NCBI GenBank assembly: GCA_963751455.1
Contig: CAVVUN010000006.1
Coordinates: 1 to 64,000, forward strand
Source of the DNA: Nitrospirota bacterium
GTDB taxonomy: Bacteria; Nitrospirota; UBA9217
DNA length: 64,000 nucleotides
Direction of reading: 5' to 3'
Under the pieces are notes generated by a model. It did no database searches. It was not told the DNA's origin and saw nothing but the letters and a program-made list of their open reading frames with translations. Position 1 is the first letter of the stretch. Each line of letters opens with the position of its first letter. Both the position numbers and the translations under genes were made by a program. This document shows, piece after piece, positions 61,208-64,000 of this stretch.

Positions 61208-61357
61208 CTTTCCCCTCGAAAATTGTTTTGTAAAGATAACCTTCCGACATAATCTCGATTAGAAGCTATTCCTCTGAGGATCGCAGCGAACGCACCAAAT
61301 TATTTTTTTTCAACAAAATTTTTAATCATCTTCAACCTGGCAATATTTTTTTTGACT

Positions 61358-62692
61358 CTACAAATTCATTTCTTGAAAGTCAGCCCGTCTTAATTCGTTA
61401 ATACCGGCATTATAGATATAGTGCCAGCCGACAGCAATGCCGTCAGCATCATAAAGTAAAAGCTCATCATTCGAAATCCAGCGGTCCATATTAATAAATA
61501 GCTCATTCTCGCTTTGGGGCTTAATCTCCGTTAACTTCTTTTTAAGCTCCAGATCCATTACAACAATATGACATACAGGAACTTGAGGGATTTTTTCGCC
61601 CTCTTCATAAAGCCCAGCATCATTTGTATATCCGACAATAATAGAATAACCTACATAATGTTTGTCCGGACTCAATTGGTACTCGTTGATTTTCCCATTC
61701 GTGGACGTAATCTTATTACCGCCTTCTTTCCCGCTCATTTCGTAAAGCTCGCCCTCCTTCAACGTTACGTCCACACGCGCTGATAACGGCTTTCTTTTTC
61801 GGCTCATCGTGCTTTTTCCATCAACAATCCGCTCGACAAGAGACAATTCTCTATCATTGACCCAAGTATAAATTTCTTTTTTATTCTTGAATCCCGGCTT
61901 AGCACCAGCTTTTCCACCCAGGATTTCTCTTTCTGTTGATACGATCAATTCTCGATACTCATTATTAATCCAATCGCCCCAAGAAACAGTCGATTTATCT
62001 ATATACCCACTTCCGGTGTCAAGAGCGTCATAAGCGTCAACCCGGCGATAGGTCTTTATATCCAAAACGTTGTAATAAGTCCTGTTCTTTTCATCAAAAC
62101 CCATGACAGCAGTGCTTAGTCCATTAACCGACTCGCATTCGGTGCAATTTTCACCCGGTTCCATGGTAATTATCATGTATTCTGGCTTTTTCTTTCGCAG
62201 CTCTGCAAATTTAACGACTGGCCTCACTGATTTCGGTAATGAAGCAAATGTTATAAGCTCGTCTTTTTCATTGTCAATCACACCAACGATTATTCTTTCG
62301 GAATCCGGTAAGCCAACATGTATCGGTGCCTGCCTGCCCGTTGATTTGAGATATGTTTTCAAATTCTCGGCCTCTTTCTCGAACCTGCTGATGTTTATAT
62401 TGCATCGTATTGTTACGAACGGCTCCGGCCTTCCGCTGTCATTTAAAATATGGTAGCTGTAATCGAGAAGGGTAAGAGAAATGTCTTCCAAAGTAAGTCC
62501 TCGCAGGCCCTCGACTACTTCAAATCTCGACAATACCTTTTTTCTGTGTTTCTCTTTTCTCAGCTCATCCTGTAATTTTTGAAATGCTGTACCGGATACA
62601 TCAGCAGGCTGCGCGGCGTGGACTACGTCAAACGGTGATTGCCAACAGGCCAATAAAATCAGGACTACGAGCAGATATTTCCTTCTATGCAT
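61358..62692 (-). CDS. Secreted hypothetical protein
   Basis: GGAGG RBS and signal peptide. The C-terminal part has a YQLSPDKHYV TolB/WD40-like motif. No family recognised. Confidence 0.65.
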   Translation of the reverse strand: MHRRKYLLVVLILLACWQSPFDVVHAAQPADVSGTAFQKLQDELRKEKHRKKVLSRFEVVEGLRGLTLEDISLTLLDYSYHILNDSGRPEPFVTIRCNINISRFEKEAENLKTYLKSTGRQAPIHVGLPDSERIIVGVIDNEKDELITFASLPKSVRPVVKFAELRKKKPEYMIITMEPGENCTECESVNGLSTAVMGFDEKNRTYYNVLDIKTYRRVDAYDALDTGSGYIDKSTVSWGDWINNEYRELIVSTEREILGGKAGAKPGFKNKKEIYTWVNDRELSLVERIVDGKSTMSRKRKPLSARVDVTLKEGELYEMSGKEGGNKITSTNGKINEYQLSPDKHYVGYSIIVGYTNDAGLYEEGEKIPQVPVCHIVVMDLELKKKLTEIKPQSENELFINMDRWISNDELLLYDADGIAVGWHYIYNAGINELRRADFQEMNL

Positions 62693-63009
62693 CAACCACC
62701 TCCTTGCTTTGAAAAACTTTAGTATTAGTTTATTTTATGAATAACATTGACGCTAGTCTCATTTTCAAATACCGTCAAGTTCAAATTCTAACTTGAGACC
62801 GATTTTTATGCGAAACAACAACTAAAAACTTTAAAAATTAATGCAATACAATGAATGGGGTATTTTTAGGGTACTACATAATGTTGCATAATTTCGGCAA
62901 TTCTTGCGCTTTCGTTCGGCAATTTTTGCGATTTTATTGCGAAAAAATTTTAAATTATTGTAAGCATTGAGAACTAAAATTCTCAGATGAGACTTATAGC
63001 CGCTGAAGA

Positions 63010-63330
63010 GTCGTGGAGGTGATTCAAAAATACCCGGCAAACGGCCGGATTACAGGCTGAAATAGTGCAATTGGACTGGAGCGCGTTCAAACACGCGATC
63101 AATGAAGGAGAGCCGAACGCATTCTGGCTTTCCTTGTGGGCCGATTACCCGGACCCTGAAAACTTCTTTTTTCCTCTTTTTCATTCTGCAAGCGCAGGAC
63201 CAGCCGGAAACCGGATTCGCTGTTTTGATCCGGTCCTCGATAAACTGATCGAAACGGCCCAGCGGACGATGGACGACCGGAAGCGCTACAAGCTCTATCG
63301 AGAGGCGGAGACATAACGGTCGTCCGCTGA
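63010..63330 (+). pseudogene. Diverged, internally deleted duplicate of the 3' end of the ABC substrate-binding gene
   Basis: QLDWSAFKHAINEGEPNAFWLSLWADYPDPENF... matches 45428..46129. It lacks the 121 bp between two AGGCGGAG copies (45981 and 46102). Confidence 0.9.
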
Positions 63331-63365
63331 CAGTCTTCCAAACTCTTTATTACACACTGCTATTT

Positions 63366-63774
63366 TTACGCCACCTTCTTCCCTTTTTCACTCTCTCTCC
63401 GTCCTTCGTGGGTCGATTTCTTCTCTTTATCTTTCATCTTGGGCGTAAGTTCGTTGATCCCGTGAGCCTGCTTTACATGGAAGCTTGCCCATCGGCGATA
63501 AGCTTCTCTGTCATGACAATATAGCGCCACGTACATTCGGGATCCATGTCGCAATTATATTCCTTCATAACCAGGTCTGCGGAAGCAGCAGCATCAGCGG
63601 TCGTGGGATACGAAAAGAGATTTTTGATCCTTCCCTCCAGATCCGGACTCACATCGTCTATCCCATGGACTTCTCTCAAATGCATTGCCACGATACAGGC
63701 AAGCCGTTCCTCGGTCCGCGCAATATGCTTCCAGGAGCAATTGCTCCCCATGCTGGAGCATTTGAACTCTCTAT
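63366..63774 (-). pseudogene. Tandem DUF1059-like small metal-binding protein with apparent single-base deletions
   Basis: REFKCSSMGSNCSW...TEE...H...VHG, then a second unit MKEYNCDMDPECTW...(shift)...FHVKQAHG. The start reads AT-AGA after a GAGGA RBS. Confidence 0.55.
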
Positions 63775-64000
63775 GTCAGAATCCTCTTGCGATGTTTCTG
63801 TTAGCCTGCCCTCGATTATGAGAATATACAGAATGTAACATGATGTGACAACAGGATTCATAAAAGTTAAAAAATTCAGCTGCAAGCATTCAAATTTGCC
63901 TAATTGCATGAATTTGAAACAAGCAAAAGTACTTGTCACTTGCACCTTTTAAATTTTGCTGTTATCCTTTCAGTTGAACATAAGACTTTTTCATGATGAT

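Larger units (their letters stand above)
46130..63330. mobile_element. AT-richer genomic island bounded by a duplicated 3' end of the ABC binding-protein gene
   Basis: 45689-46129 is repeated in diverged form at 63010-63330. The interior is largely AT-richer and minus-strand. No integrase seen. Confidence 0.65.

Overview
Bacterial chromosomal window. Gene content and order suggest Nitrospirota or a deltaproteobacterium-like lineage (inference). It has three parts. (1) 1-9.7 kb: a minus-strand anti-phage locus ordered MazG-like pyrophosphatase, small PD-(D/E)xK nuclease, SNF2 helicase, a PARIS-like AAA ATPase plus DUF4435/TOPRIM pair, type III Mod, YhcG/DUF1016, and type III Res (runs off the window edge). 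(2) 9.9-46.1 kb: housekeeping core with copA, rodZ, pilF/tgl, pfkB, mtnP, hfq, miaA, terC, mutL, three M16 peptidases, dut, an EF-G paralog, a RomX-like gene, rseC, cimA, lysC, apgM, a TusA-E1-JAB-ubiquitin-like-NIL sulfur relay, hom, argD, argF, a C26 hydrolase and a family-5 ABC binding protein. Many gene junctions here, and the MutL linker, carry hairpins built from inverted 7/8/9-bp tandem repeats. (3) 46.1-63.3 kb: an AT-richer island bounded by a diverged, deleted duplicate of the 3' end of the ABC binding-protein gene. It holds two tandem cassettes, each a secreted BNR beta-propeller followed by a secreted protein with a variable N-terminal C39-like cysteine-peptidase domain and a conserved linker/PKD block. 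One cassette continues into a 2501-aa Ig/NHL scaffold; the other stops at the end of the shared block. This looks like a mirror-image polymorphic effector system with N-terminal module exchange and is the best candidate for an undescribed system. An IS with an 8-bp target duplication lies between the cassettes. Several single-base frameshifts may be sequencing errors. No rRNA, tRNA or CRISPR array was seen. All family calls are from motif recognition by eye, not database searches.
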